From Dehalococcoidia bacterium (GTDB lineage: Bacteria > Chloroflexota > Dehalococcoidia > UBA2979), in contig JAQWMB010000027.1 in NCBI GenBank assembly GCA_029246995.1, positions 40,922 to 104,921 on the forward strand: a DNA stretch of 64,000 bases, read 5' to 3'. Positions 17,818 through 28,650 of the stretch are shown in pieces (position 1 is the first letter of the stretch; each line of letters begins with the position of its first letter). Below the pieces are notes generated by a model. That model was not told where the DNA came from, made no database searches, and worked only from the letters and a program-made list of their open reading frames with translations. The position numbers and the translations under genes were made by a program.

Positions 17818-19110
17818 ATGGAAAAAAATATTATTCGCACTAATCAATTAAAAGGTATTATTACTCCTCCAGGGGATAAGTCCATTAGCCATAGAGCATT
17901 AATGTTTAATGCTATTGCAGATAAAAAAGCAAGAATTACTGGATTATTAGAATCTGATGATATTCAGTCAACAATAGATTGTTTAAAACTATTGGGTGTA
18001 GATATCAAACAGCATGCTAAGGGCATTTATGATGTAAAAGGAGTAGGAATTAATGGACTTCAATTACCATCAGAAAATTTGAATTGTGGTAATTCTGGTA
18101 CAACAATGAGATTACTTATTGGATTATTGTCTTCAATTAATGGCCAAGTACGTTTGGTAGGTGACCAATCTTTGCAAAGTAGGCCGATGGATAGGGTGTA
18201 TGACTATCTTAATCAAATTGGTGGTAAAATTTCTTCTGAAAATAAAAATGGTTGCGCTCCAATTATTATTGAAGGATCTAAAATCAAAAATAACGATCCA
18301 ATAAAACTAAAAATTGCATCAGCGCAAATTAAATCAGCCATTCTACTTGCAAGCCTTACTTCTAGGAGCAGATTAGAATTAATTGAACCAATTAAATCAC
18401 GCGATCATTCCGAAAGGCTCTTGATCGCAATGGGGGTTGATATTCAAGTTGATGACAAGAAAATAAAGATTGAAGATTTTCCAAGTAATCTTCAATCTTT
18501 AGATATCGAAATTCCTGGAGATATTAGCGCAGCGGCACCTTGGATTGTTGCAGCTCTCATTCATCCTAATGCAGAAATTCAAATTAATAATGTTGGCTTA
18601 AATGCTACTCGTGCTGGTATTATAGATATCTTTCTTGAGATGGGTGGGAATATATCTATAATGAATAAAAGGGTCATTGGGAACGAAGAAGTGGCAGATT
18701 TAATTGTTAGATCCAGTGAATTGAATGGAGTTTCTATTAACAAAGAGTTGATTCCACGTGCAATAGATGAAATTCCATTAGTTGCCCTAGCTGCATGTTT
18801 TGCAAAAAATAAAACAACTATTAATGATATTGATGAATTAAAAGTTAAAGAAAGTAATAGATTGGTAAACACAATTGATATTCTAAGTAAGTTTGGTGGA
18901 AATGTTACATCGCAAAATAATAAATTAATCATTCATGGTGTTAGTAAACTAAATGGTTGTAGGTTAATTTGTAATATTGATCATCGCATGATAATGCTGG
19001 CAGGGATTGCAGCATGTGTATCAGAAGGAGAATCTACTTTGATTAATGTTGAATCAGTTGGGGTGTCTTATCCAAATTTTTGGGATGATTTTCATAGTCT
19101 AGTTCAGTAA
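17818..19110 (+). CDS. aroA: 3-phosphoshikimate 1-carboxyvinyltransferase (EPSP synthase)
   Basis: PGDKSISHRALMF, LNCGNSGTTMRLL, LKVKESNR motifs; 430 aa. Confidence 0.95.
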   Translation: MEKNIIRTNQLKGIITPPGDKSISHRALMFNAIADKKARITGLLESDDIQSTIDCLKLLGVDIKQHAKGIYDVKGVGINGLQLPSENLNCGNSGTTMRLLIGLLSSINGQVRLVGDQSLQSRPMDRVYDYLNQIGGKISSENKNGCAPIIIEGSKIKNNDPIKLKIASAQIKSAILLASLTSRSRLELIEPIKSRDHSERLLIAMGVDIQVDDKKIKIEDFPSNLQSLDIEIPGDISAAAPWIVAALIHPNAEIQINNVGLNATRAGIIDIFLEMGGNISIMNKRVIGNEEVADLIVRSSELNGVSINKELIPRAIDEIPLVALAACFAKNKTTINDIDELKVKESNRLVNTIDILSKFGGNVTSQNNKLIIHGVSKLNGCRLICNIDHRMIMLAGIAACVSEGESTLINVESVGVSYPNFWDDFHSLVQ

Positions 19111-19122
19111 AAGGATATTCGA

Positions 19123-19680
19123 TTGCAATTAATAGTTATATTGTCTGGCCCTTCAGGAGTAGGCAAAGATTCAATTATCCAGGAAATTGTAAAAAAGGAT
19201 GACAATTTTATTATTCCCATAACAATGACATCTAGAAGTAAAAGAAATAATGAAGAAGAAGCGAAAGATTATTTCTTTGTATCAAAGAATGCTTTTCAGT
19301 CTAAGATAGACAATAAGGAATTAATTGAATCTTCTTCAACATATAGTGATTTTTATGGCTTGCCAAAATTTAGCATGAATGCAGCGTTATCCACTGGTAA
19401 AAATGTATTATTGAGATTAGATACTCAAGGGACGTTAAATTTAGTAAAGCAATATTCTAATACTGTTTCAATTTTCATTTCTCCAGAAAACATAGATCAA
19501 CTAATTGAGCAAATTAATAATCGAGATCAAGATAAAAAATCAGAAATTAAAAAAAGAATGCAAATAGCAAAAGAAGAAATTGCAAAAGCAAATCTCTTTG
19601 ATCACGTAGTTTTAAATGAGAAGTCTAAATTAAATGAAACTGTAGATATTATTTTGGATATTATTGAGTATAAAAAGTAG
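19123..19680 (+). CDS. gmk: guanylate kinase
   Basis: P-loop GPSGVGKDS; TSRSKRNNEEEAKDYFFVS (TTR..R..E...Y.FV pattern); E...FYG; LDTQG. TTG start after AAGGA. Confidence 0.8.
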   Translation: MQLIVILSGPSGVGKDSIIQEIVKKDDNFIIPITMTSRSKRNNEEEAKDYFFVSKNAFQSKIDNKELIESSSTYSDFYGLPKFSMNAALSTGKNVLLRLDTQGTLNLVKQYSNTVSIFISPENIDQLIEQINNRDQDKKSEIKKRMQIAKEEIAKANLFDHVVLNEKSKLNETVDIILDIIEYKK

Positions 19681-19701
19681 AGATAGTTTTAGGAGTTTAT
19701 T

Positions 19702-21174
19702 GTGAGCAACTATTCTCTTTCAATTGATGAAATAAAAAACATTGATACTAAGAAGTACAACGCTGTTCCTATTTACAGACAAATTAGGGCTGACTTTGAA
19801 ACTCCATTGTCTATTTATTTAAAACTTTCAGGAGGAGACTATTCGTATCTTTTAGAATCTGCTGTATTAGGTAATCAAGGTAGGTATTCTTTAATAGGAA
19901 CTGATCCATATGATGTCTATGTTGGTAATCAAGATTCTTCAGATGATCCATTAGATGTAATTAAGGAAAGATTATCAAAAATTAAAGCACCTAATTCTAA
20001 GGAGTTGCCTAGTTTTTGTGGTGGAGCAGTAGGATATTTGCCTTTTGAGTTCATTTCTAAAATAGAACCAAGAATAAAGAATAATCAGAACAAAGCTCTA
20101 GATATTCCTGATTCATTGTTTATGTTTTCTGATTCTGTAGTTGTCTTTGACCATCTTTTACATAGTATAAAAATTGTAAGTCATGTTCGTCTAGATAAAG
20201 ATATCAATGAAGAATATCAACGAGCTGTTAGAATGATAGAAAAAATTTTAAATAAGATTGCTGAACCGCTAGAACAACTTCCTTATGAACCAATTGATGG
20301 GAAGATTGATCAGCCAATTAAATCTAATTGGCTACCAGAAGATTATAAGAAAGCTGTTAATTCAATTAAAGATTATATTGTTCGCGGCGATGTTATTCAG
20401 GCTGTGCTTTCTCAAAGGTTTAGTGTAGAAACAGGAGCTCATCCTTTTGAAATTTATCGATCCTTACGGGCAATTAACCCATCTCCTTATATGTATTTTT
20501 TAAAATTTAAAGATATTCATATAGTTGGTGCATCTCCAGAGCTATTAGTTAAAATAGAAAATAATATTGTGGAAAATCATCCCATTGCTGGTACTAGACC
20601 TCGAGGTAAAGATTCTCAACAAGATGAATTGCTGGCAACAGAACTTAGAAATGATCCTAAAGAAATTGCTGAGCATATTATGTTGTTGGATTTAGGCAGG
20701 AATGATGTGGGTAAAGTTTCAAAAGCTGGTTCAGTAAATGTAACACAAAAATTTGATATTGAGTATTATTCTCATGTTATGCACTTAGTCTCACACGTAA
20801 TAGGTGATTTAGATGACTCATATACACCATATGATGCCTTACGTTCTTCTTTTCCAGCAGGTACTGTTTCTGGTGCACCCAAAATTCGTGCAATTGAAAT
20901 TATTCAGGAATTAGAGTCAGATCAAAGAGGACCTTATGCAGGTGCGGTTGGTTTTTTTAGCACAACAGGTGATATTGAAACGTGCATTACAATTCGCACT
21001 ATGGTGATAAAAAATAATCTTGCTCATATACAAGCTGGTGGTGGAATCGTTTTTGATTCAGACCCACAAAAGGAATTTGAAGAAACCCAACATAAAGCAA
21101 AAGCACTGATAGAATCTATTCGTGATGCTGAAAAGCATAATGATATTAGTAAAATTGGCAGATTGGGCTATTAA
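19702..21174 (+). CDS. trpE: anthranilate synthase component I
   Basis: LLESA, SPELLV, PAGTVSGAPK, GAVGFF, GGGIVFDSDP motifs. GTG start after AGGAG. Confidence 0.95.
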   Translation: MSNYSLSIDEIKNIDTKKYNAVPIYRQIRADFETPLSIYLKLSGGDYSYLLESAVLGNQGRYSLIGTDPYDVYVGNQDSSDDPLDVIKERLSKIKAPNSKELPSFCGGAVGYLPFEFISKIEPRIKNNQNKALDIPDSLFMFSDSVVVFDHLLHSIKIVSHVRLDKDINEEYQRAVRMIEKILNKIAEPLEQLPYEPIDGKIDQPIKSNWLPEDYKKAVNSIKDYIVRGDVIQAVLSQRFSVETGAHPFEIYRSLRAINPSPYMYFLKFKDIHIVGASPELLVKIENNIVENHPIAGTRPRGKDSQQDELLATELRNDPKEIAEHIMLLDLGRNDVGKVSKAGSVNVTQKFDIEYYSHVMHLVSHVIGDLDDSYTPYDALRSSFPAGTVSGAPKIRAIEIIQELESDQRGPYAGAVGFFSTTGDIETCITIRTMVIKNNLAHIQAGGGIVFDSDPQKEFEETQHKAKALIESIRDAEKHNDISKIGRLGY

Positions 21175-21191
21175 ATGATAGGAAAATTTAA

Positions 21192-21770
21192 ATGATTTTA
21201 TTAATCGATAATTACGATTCTTTTACATATAATTTGTATCAATATATATCAGAAATTCAACAAATACCAATTCAAGTGTATAGAAATGATGCTATTACTG
21301 TTGAGGATTGTTTATCAATGAATCCAGATTATATTGTAATCTCTCCAGGCCCTTGTACGCCAAATGAGGCAGGAATTAGTACAGCATTAATTAAAAAAGT
21401 TGCTGGTAATATTCCATTATTAGGAGTATGTCTTGGTCATCAATGCATTGGTCAAGCTTTTAATGCAGAAATTATTTCTGCCGGTGAGATTGTACATGGT
21501 AAAAATTCAATTATTCATCATGACGGCCAAGGAGTATTTAAAGAAATTCCAGCAGATTTTTCTGCAATAAGATATCATTCATTAGTTATTTCGGAACAAA
21601 ATTTTCCTAAAGATCTTGAAATTACTTCACGCTCAACTTCTAACTTGATTATGGGTGTGCGAAACAGTAGTTTAATGCTTGAAGGTATTCAATTTCATCC
21701 TGAATCTATTGCTACGAATTATGGTAAAAAGATGATTGAAAATTTCTTTGATGTATATAAAAAGAATTAA
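21192..21770 (+). CDS. trpG: anthranilate synthase component II (glutamine amidotransferase)
   Basis: Class-I GATase triad context GVCLGHQ and IQFHPES; 192 aa. Confidence 0.93.
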   Translation: MILLIDNYDSFTYNLYQYISEIQQIPIQVYRNDAITVEDCLSMNPDYIVISPGPCTPNEAGISTALIKKVAGNIPLLGVCLGHQCIGQAFNAEIISAGEIVHGKNSIIHHDGQGVFKEIPADFSAIRYHSLVISEQNFPKDLEITSRSTSNLIMGVRNSSLMLEGIQFHPESIATNYGKKMIENFFDVYKKN

Positions 21771-21797
21771 ATTCTAATAATTCTTATGGAGAAATAT

Positions 21798-22829
21798 ATG
21801 GCGAATAATCTTAAATCAGCAATTAACATTATCAATAATCAAAATAGAGATTTAACAGAAAATGAAGCTTATTTAGCAATGCAGGAGATGATGAGTGGTA
21901 AGTCTATAGAGACTGAAATCAGTATTTTTCTTACTGCTTTAGCAAATAAAGGTGAATCTGCATCAGAGATATCAGGCATGGTCAGAGTGATGCAAAGAGA
22001 GTGTTTGTCTGTAAATAATGTAAAGCTACCATTACTCGATACTTGTGGTACTGGTGGTGCACAAATTAAAACATTCAACGTTTCAACTGCTTCAGCATTT
22101 ATTGCATCTGCTGCAGGAGCAAATGTAGCTAAACATGGAAATCGAGCAATGACTTCAAAATCTGGCTCTGCTGACTTTTTAGAAGCGCTAGGTGCAAAGA
22201 TTGATATGGATGAATCGATTGTAGCAAATTCAATTAATGAAATTGGAATTGGCTTTATGTTTGCTCAAAATTTTCATCCTGCAATGAAATATGTTGCTAA
22301 TGTAAGAAAATCACTAGGATTTAGAACAATTTTTAATTTACTTGGACCACTTACAAATCCAGCTAATGCTAATTGCAGGATTCTTGGTGCATCTACAAAA
22401 GTTATTGCAAAAAAAATGGCTCAATCAATTGTAAGCATGAATTTAAGACATGCTCTTGTAGTAACTGGTGAGGAAGGGATTGATGAGGTCTCTATTATGG
22501 GTCTTACTCATGTATATGAAGTTAAGAATTCTCAGATAACTGAATTTTTAATCCATCCAAATGATTTTAATTTAAACACGCATGATATTTTAAAAGTCAC
22601 AAGCAAAAGCCCTGCAGAAAATGCTCAAAATTTTCAAGATATTATATCTGGTAAAGGTAATAAAGCAATACATGATTTTATTTTAATGAATGCTGGTCCT
22701 GCACTGTATGTTTCTGGCATTACAAGTTCTATAAAAAATGGGATTGAATTAGCTGCTAAAGTTATAGAAAATGGAGAAGCTGCTGATAAAGTTGTAGCAT
22801 TTATAGAATATACAAAGAAATTTTCTTAA
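21798..22829 (+). CDS. trpD: anthranilate phosphoribosyltransferase
   Basis: DTCGTGG, KHGNRAMTSKSGSAD, NLLGPLTNP motifs. ATG 21798 follows GGAGA; ATG 21786 is the alternative. Confidence 0.93.
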   Translation: MANNLKSAINIINNQNRDLTENEAYLAMQEMMSGKSIETEISIFLTALANKGESASEISGMVRVMQRECLSVNNVKLPLLDTCGTGGAQIKTFNVSTASAFIASAAGANVAKHGNRAMTSKSGSADFLEALGAKIDMDESIVANSINEIGIGFMFAQNFHPAMKYVANVRKSLGFRTIFNLLGPLTNPANANCRILGASTKVIAKKMAQSIVSMNLRHALVVTGEEGIDEVSIMGLTHVYEVKNSQITEFLIHPNDFNLNTHDILKVTSKSPAENAQNFQDIISGKGNKAIHDFILMNAGPALYVSGITSSIKNGIELAAKVIENGEAADKVVAFIEYTKKFS

Positions 22830-22848
22830 ATATAATATTGGTACAAAA

Positions 22849-23703
22849 ATGATCAAAAAAACAAATACAATTTTGGATAAAATTATTCATGATGTTCGCA
22901 TAGATATTGAAAATAGAAAAAATGAATTTTCGCTTGAAGAATTAATTTTGTTAACCAATAATTTGGATCGTAATATAGTGAGCTTAAAAGATAGAATTGT
23001 TAATAGATCAATCCTAAGTCCTAAAACTGCTAAAATCAGTATTATTGGTGAAATCAAAAGGGCTTCTCCAACTAAAGGGATTTTTGATACTAATTTTGTT
23101 GCAGTTGATGTAGCGAATGCCTATGCAAAAAGTGGCGTTTCAGCTATTTCTGTTTTAACTGAGCAAAACCATTTCTTAGGTAAAATTGATGATTTAAAAA
23201 ATTGTTATGAATTTCTAACAAAACAATATTCTAATGCTAGGCCTGCAATACTTAGAAAGGATTTTATAGTAGATATTTACCAAATATATGAGTCATATAT
23301 GAATGGGGCTGATGCTTTTTTACTTATTGCTAAATTGTTAGATCAGGATGATCTTTCTGCTTTTTGTAAATTAGGTAAAGAATTAGGCATGCAAAGTTTA
23401 GTTGAAGTGCAAAATTTAGATGAACTAGATACTGTTTTGTCTTTAGGATTCGAAATTATTGGAATTAATAATCGTAATCTAGAAGATTTTTCTGAAGATA
23501 TCCATACTACCGTTGCGCTTTCATCAAAAATACCGAAAAATATAGTTGTTGTATCAGAATCTGGAATAAAAAAACAAGAAGATGTAGAATTGCTATTAAA
23601 TAGTCATGTTCAAGGTATGTTAATAGGAGAAGCTTTTTTAAGTGATGGTTTTGATAGTAAAAAGTTATTAGATAGAGTTCATTCATTAATGTTAGTTGAA
23701 TAA
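22849..23703 (+). CDS. trpC: indole-3-glycerol phosphate synthase
   Basis: IIGEIKRASPTKG, LRKDFI, GINNRNL, SESGI motifs. Confidence 0.93.
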   Translation: MIKKTNTILDKIIHDVRIDIENRKNEFSLEELILLTNNLDRNIVSLKDRIVNRSILSPKTAKISIIGEIKRASPTKGIFDTNFVAVDVANAYAKSGVSAISVLTEQNHFLGKIDDLKNCYEFLTKQYSNARPAILRKDFIVDIYQIYESYMNGADAFLLIAKLLDQDDLSAFCKLGKELGMQSLVEVQNLDELDTVLSLGFEIIGINNRNLEDFSEDIHTTVALSSKIPKNIVVVSESGIKKQEDVELLLNSHVQGMLIGEAFLSDGFDSKKLLDRVHSLMLVE

Positions 23704-24443
23704 TGACAATAAAAATAAAAATTTGTGGCGTAAAAGATATTCAAACTGCTCAGCTCAGTAAAGATCTTGGAGCTGATATGATCGGACTTGTTTTTGCTGA
23801 GTCTAAAAGGCAGATAAATATAGCTACTGCTGCAAGTATAGTTAGATCAGTTGGTACGCCCCTCAGATATTTGGATTTAGCCCAGCCACCTCCATTAATG
23901 AAAAATAATGCATTTCAATTATCAGAATGGTTTTTAAATAGTCATAAAATCCTAGATTCTTATTTGTTAAATAAAAAACCTCTCACTGTAGGCGTATTTG
24001 CTAAACAAAGTATAAAAGAAATTAATCAGATAGCTGAAGCAACTGACATCGATATCGTTCAGCTTTCAGGAAACTATAGCCTTGAAGATGCTTTATCGAT
24101 TAATCGACAGACCTTTTTTTCAATTGGTATTTTGCCTGATGACAATGAATCCAAGCTACTAAAAAAAATTCAATCTGGTTTTTCGTTATCATTAATCTTT
24201 GATTCATTTCGTGATAGTAATTTAGGTGGCACAGGAGAAGCGTTCAATTGGGATTTGTTATATAAAATTAATCTACAAATCCCTTTTATACTTGCTGGTG
24301 GTTTAAATATAAATAATGTTGAATTAGCAATAAGTGAGCTTAAGCCTTGGGGAGTGGATGTATCTTCTGGAGTAGAAGAGAATGGTCAAAAAAATCATAA
24401 GCTTATTGAAGAATTTATTAATAAAGTTCGGAATTCAGAATGA
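23703..24443 (+). CDS. trpF: phosphoribosylanthranilate isomerase (with an insertion of about 40 aa)
   Basis: IKICGV...GADMIGLVF...VQLSG...LAGGLN...[14 protein letters not shown] overlap with trpC and ATGA overlap with trpB. Confidence 0.88.
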   Translation: MTIKIKICGVKDIQTAQLSKDLGADMIGLVFAESKRQINIATAASIVRSVGTPLRYLDLAQPPPLMKNNAFQLSEWFLNSHKILDSYLLNKKPLTVGVFAKQSIKEINQIAEATDIDIVQLSGNYSLEDALSINRQTFFSIGILPDDNESKLLKKIQSGFSLSLIFDSFRDSNLGGTGEAFNWDLLYKINLQIPFILAGGLNINNVELAISELKPWGVDVSSGVEENGQKNHKLIEEFINKVRNSE

Positions 24444-25633
24444 CAAAAAAATTCCCCGATTATCAAGGACATTTTGGCGAATTTGGTGGAAAATTTGTCC
24501 CTGAGACTCTGATGCCCGCGTTAGATGAATTAGAAAATGAGTTCAGAGTTGCATCAAAAGATACTAAATTTATAAATCGTTTAAATAATTTATTAAATAC
24601 TTATGTTGGCAGACCAACGCCTCTTACTTTTGCAGAAAATTTATCTGAGAAGCTAGGCTATAAGATATATTTAAAACGAGAAGATCTTTGTCATACTGGT
24701 GCTCACAAAATTAATGCTGCTCTTGCGCAAGCATTACTCGTAAAGCGCATGGGTAAAAAACGTGTTGTTGCTGAAACTGGTGCTGGGCAACACGGAGTTG
24801 CTACTGCTACTGCATGCGCATTAATGGGGTTGCAAGCAGTAATTTATATGGGTGCTAAAGATTTTGAAAGACAAAAAATTAATGTAGCTCGGATGCGATT
24901 ATTAGGCGCTGAGGTGATTAAAGTAAATTCTGGTTCAATGACTTTAAAAGATGCTATTAATGAAGCAATTCGTGACTGGGTTACTAATGTTAAAAATACT
25001 CATTACCTTATTGGAAGTGTTGTGGGCCCCCATCCATATCCAGAAATTATCAGAAATTACCAATCAATTATTGGTAAAGAAGCAAAAAAACAAATCATGG
25101 ATGTTGAAAATAGATTACCAGATGTAATTATTGCTTGTGTAGGAGGAGGTTCCAATGCAATGGGCATTTTTTATCCATTTCTTGATGACAAGCAAACTCA
25201 ATTAATTGGCATTGAAGCAGCTGGAGAAGGTATTGATAAACAACATGCTGCTACCTTATCAGTAGGGACTAAAGGAATTTTACATGGAGCAAAATCATTA
25301 GTTTTACAGGATAATAACGGCCAAATTGAGGAGGCACATTCTATTTCTGCTGGGCTTGATTATCCTGGAGTTGGACCTGAGCATGCTTGGTTACAATCAT
25401 TAAACCAAGCAGAATATTTTAGTGTTACAAATGAAATTGCTTTAGAAGGAGTCGAATTACTTTCTAAAACTGAAGGAATTATTCCTGCTTTAGAAACTGC
25501 ACATGCAGTTGGGTATCTTCCTCAACTGACTAAAACATTAAATAGTGATTCTATTCTTATTTTAAATGTAAGCGGCAGAGGTGATAAGGATATGGATATT
25601 ATTTCAGAAAAACTTAATTTTTTTCATGAATAA
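24440..25633 (+). CDS. trpB: tryptophan synthase beta chain
   Basis: [19 protein letters not shown] (PLP lysine), [21 protein letters not shown] motifs. Confidence 0.97.
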   Translation: MTKKFPDYQGHFGEFGGKFVPETLMPALDELENEFRVASKDTKFINRLNNLLNTYVGRPTPLTFAENLSEKLGYKIYLKREDLCHTGAHKINAALAQALLVKRMGKKRVVAETGAGQHGVATATACALMGLQAVIYMGAKDFERQKINVARMRLLGAEVIKVNSGSMTLKDAINEAIRDWVTNVKNTHYLIGSVVGPHPYPEIIRNYQSIIGKEAKKQIMDVENRLPDVIIACVGGGSNAMGIFYPFLDDKQTQLIGIEAAGEGIDKQHAATLSVGTKGILHGAKSLVLQDNNGQIEEAHSISAGLDYPGVGPEHAWLQSLNQAEYFSVTNEIALEGVELLSKTEGIIPALETAHAVGYLPQLTKTLNSDSILILNVSGRGDKDMDIISEKLNFFHE

Positions 25634-26336
25634 TAATAATTTCGATATAAAAATATCACTACATGAAATATTTTTAATCGTACTACTTTTTTTTGTAAGC
25701 ATGATTTTACTTTTTTTATTAATTTTTCCCATTTCTGAGTATATAGTTCCTAATAGTGAAGCATTTTCGAAAAAAAATTTATCTATTGTTTTTGCAATGT
25801 TATGGCAGATTTCTGTCTTATGTTTTTTTATTTTTTATAGTAAAAAAAATAAATTAATAAAAAATTTCTTTGGCTTTACTATGCCAAAATCATGGAGATA
25901 TTTTCTTTTTGCCTGGATAGGTGCATACTGTATTTTTATTATCTATGGATTAATGCTTCTTTTATTAGAATATTTGGGTTTAGAAATTTCTTCTTTGACT
26001 GGGCAACAAGTTTTACCTTTAAGTAAGGAAGACAATGTTTATTTTTTAATTATAATGATTATTTCTGTATCAATCTTAGCACCAATTACTGAAGAGATTT
26101 TATTTCGTGGATATATGCTTCAGTCATTACTGACGCATTTTTCAATTCAAGTATCATCTATAATTAGTGCTATATTCTTTTCAATATTTCATTTACAAAT
26201 ATCAGTTTTGATTCCTTTTATGCTTGTTGGTTGGCTTTTTAGTATTATTAGGATAAAATCTGAATCAATATGGCCTTCTATTTTTGCACATGCAAGTGTG
26301 AATTCTATAAGTATTTTTTTTGTTTTAATAATGTGA
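25626..26336 (+). CDS. CPBP-family (CAAX/Abi) intramembrane glutamic endopeptidase
   Basis: Polytopic membrane protein with [15 protein letters not shown] and FAHASVN motifs. ATG 25626 overlaps the trpB stop by 8 nt (ATGAATAA). Confidence 0.8.
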   Translation: MNNNNFDIKISLHEIFLIVLLFFVSMILLFLLIFPISEYIVPNSEAFSKKNLSIVFAMLWQISVLCFFIFYSKKNKLIKNFFGFTMPKSWRYFLFAWIGAYCIFIIYGLMLLLLEYLGLEISSLTGQQVLPLSKEDNVYFLIIMIISVSILAPITEEILFRGYMLQSLLTHFSIQVSSIISAIFFSIFHLQISVLIPFMLVGWLFSIIRIKSESIWPSIFAHASVNSISIFFVLIM

Positions 26337-26355
26337 ATTATTTGGGTAAGCTAAA

Positions 26356-27156
26356 ATGAATAACAAGATTGATAAACTATTTGATAAGCTTAAAGTAGAT
26401 AAATCAATAGCTTTAATTCCTTTTGTCCCAATTAACTGGCCATCTAAGGAAGACACTGTTTCTATTGTTGAAACCGCTTTAAATGCTGGAGCACATGCAA
26501 TAGAACTCGGCATTCCTTTTAGCGATCCCTTAGCAGATGGAACAACTAATCAGAATGCGTATCAAGAGGCTTTAAAAAATGGAGCTAATATAAATAGTTT
26601 ATTTCAAATTGTTAAAAAACTTAGAAATAATAAAATAGAGAAGCCTATTATTGCATTTAGTTATTATAATCCAATTTATAAATTTGGCACTGAGTTATTT
26701 CTGAAGCAAGCACAAGAGAGTGGACTAGATGGAGTGATTGTTGTAGACTTACCTCCAGAAGAGTCACAAAAATTTTCTATATTAGCAAAAAAATATAATT
26801 TACACCAAATTTACTTACTTGCTCCGACGTCTGACATGAACAGGATTAAACTTGTAGCTAAACAAGCAACTGGATTTATTTATTGTGTTAGTGTTTCAGG
26901 TACAACTGGTGTTAGGGAAGATTTTTCAGATGAGCTGATCAATTTTATTTCACAAGTCAAAAAGCAAACTGACTTACCAATTGCAATTGGTTTTGGAGTT
27001 TCAAAAAAGAAACACATTGATTTTATTGCTAATATTGCAGATGGAGCTATAGTTGGTAGTGCATTCGTCGAGAATATCCGAAATAGTTCAAGTGCTGATC
27101 GTTCATTCAAAATATCTGAATTTGTAAAAAATTTAGTTGAGGTGAATGAAAATTAA
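26356..27156 (+). CDS. trpA: tryptophan synthase alpha chain
   Basis: IELGIPFSDPLADG, YYNPI, GVSGTTG, VGFG motifs; 266 aa. Confidence 0.95.
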   Translation: MNNKIDKLFDKLKVDKSIALIPFVPINWPSKEDTVSIVETALNAGAHAIELGIPFSDPLADGTTNQNAYQEALKNGANINSLFQIVKKLRNNKIEKPIIAFSYYNPIYKFGTELFLKQAQESGLDGVIVVDLPPEESQKFSILAKKYNLHQIYLLAPTSDMNRIKLVAKQATGFIYCVSVSGTTGVREDFSDELINFISQVKKQTDLPIAIGFGVSKKKHIDFIANIADGAIVGSAFVENIRNSSSADRSFKISEFVKNLVEVNEN

Positions 27157-27188
27157 ATCTATCTTATTTAATAGGGAGAGTTATATTT

Positions 27189-27563
27189 ATGGGAAAAGTA
27201 TTACGAGGCATAAGAGGGGCTATTACTATAGAAGAAAATAGTAAAGAACATATTGTTGCTGGTGCTGAAGAATTGCTTATGGAAATCTTAAGTAAAAATA
27301 AAATAAACACTGAAGACATTGCTTCCATTTTTTTTAGTACTACAAAAGATTTAAATGCTGAATATCCCGCAGTTGCTGCTAGGAAGCAAGAATTACTCAA
27401 TGTTGCATTATTTTGTACCCATGAAATGGATATTCCGGGTGGTTTACAAAAATGTTTAAGAATTCTCCTGCATGTAAACACTGAACAAGGATACAATGAT
27501 GTTAAGCATATATATTTAAAAGGTGCAAAAATTCTAAGACCTGATTTAGCAGAAAATATTTAG
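27189..27563 (+). CDS. aroH: chorismate mutase, AroH class
   Basis: [18 protein letters not shown]-terminus and about 124 aa length are typical of monofunctional AroH-type mutases. GGGAGAG precedes the ATG. Confidence 0.85.
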   Translation: MGKVLRGIRGAITIEENSKEHIVAGAEELLMEILSKNKINTEDIASIFFSTTKDLNAEYPAVAARKQELLNVALFCTHEMDIPGGLQKCLRILLHVNTEQGYNDVKHIYLKGAKILRPDLAENI

Positions 27564-27580
27564 ATAGTAGGGTTAGTAAA

Positions 27581-28612
27581 ATGATAATAATTATGAAAAG
27601 TGATTTTACGGATAATGATATGAAAGATATCAATAAACGTTTGACTGATGGTGGGCTTCAAGGACAAAAAATAGAAGGCACTGAAAAGACTGTTATTGCG
27701 GTAGTTGGTAATGTTTATCCTGAATTACGCGATGAATTTTCTAGGATGGATGGTGTGGCATCAGTAGTGCGTATTTCGAAACCATATAAATTATCATCAA
27801 GAGAGACTCAACCAAATGACACGATAATTAATTTACCTTTTAATGTTGATGTAGGAGGTAGTAATTTTGTAGTAATGGCTGGGCCATGTTCTATTGAAAA
27901 TCATGATCAATTATTTGAAACTGCACAAGCAGTGAAGAATTCAGGAGCTCATGTTTTAAGAGGAGGTGCGTTTAAACCAAGAAGTTCTCCTTATTCATTC
28001 CGAGGCTTAGGAGAAGAGGGATTAAAACTTCTTGCACAAGCTAGGGAAGAGTTCAACATGCCCGTTATTACTGAGGTACTATCTTATAGAGATGTTGATT
28101 TAGTAGCACAGTATTCTGATATTTTACAAATTGGTGCTCGTAACATGCAAAATTTTATTTTATTAGATGAAGTTGGTAAAACCGGCAAGCCTATTATGTT
28201 AAAAAGAGCATTAGCTGGTTCAATTGAAGAATGGTTATTAGCTTCAGAATATATTTTATCTCAAAATAACCCAAATGTGATTCTATGTGAAAGAGGCATA
28301 AGGACTTTTGAAAAAGCGACACGTAATACTTTGGATTTAAATGCAATTGCTTTGGTAAAACAGCTAAGTCACTTGCCTGTTATTTCAGATCCATCGCATG
28401 GCACAGGCTTATGGGATCTGGTAGAGCCAATGTCTTTGGCAAGTATTGCAGTAGGAGCAGATGGATTAATGATTGAGGTTCATCCAAATCCTGAAGTTGC
28501 TCTTTCAGATGGACCACAATCATTAAAGCCAGATAATTTTGATAAACTTATGAAAGTTGCTTCAAATTTGACAAACATGGTGGGCAAGCCAATGGCAGCA
28601 AAGCCTCATTAA
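27581..28612 (+). CDS. aroF: 3-deoxy-7-phosphoheptulonate (DAHP) synthase, type I-beta with N-terminal ferredoxin-like regulatory domain
   Basis: [22 protein letters not shown] motifs. The roughly 75-aa N-terminal extension is of the Thermotoga-type enzyme kind. Confidence 0.92.
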   Translation: MIIIMKSDFTDNDMKDINKRLTDGGLQGQKIEGTEKTVIAVVGNVYPELRDEFSRMDGVASVVRISKPYKLSSRETQPNDTIINLPFNVDVGGSNFVVMAGPCSIENHDQLFETAQAVKNSGAHVLRGGAFKPRSSPYSFRGLGEEGLKLLAQAREEFNMPVITEVLSYRDVDLVAQYSDILQIGARNMQNFILLDEVGKTGKPIMLKRALAGSIEEWLLASEYILSQNNPNVILCERGIRTFEKATRNTLDLNAIALVKQLSHLPVISDPSHGTGLWDLVEPMSLASIAVGADGLMIEVHPNPEVALSDGPQSLKPDNFDKLMKVASNLTNMVGKPMAAKPH

Positions 28613-28650
28613 TTTTTTTTATAGATTCTATTTTTTGAAAGGTTAAAATA

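Noticed and set aside
19123-19680. gmk-like P-loop kinase in the aromatic operon considered as a non-orthologous shikimate kinase
   Set aside because: It retains the GMP-binding pattern of true guanylate kinases (S/T-R-x-x-R...E, DY.FV, E...YG). A housekeeping gmk is the simplest reading.
28613-28650. T8 run after the DAHP synthase stop as a terminator closing the aromatic supraoperon
   Set aside because: No stable GC-rich stem precedes the T-run; the best is a 3-bp GCC/GGC. I cannot support an intrinsic terminator call.
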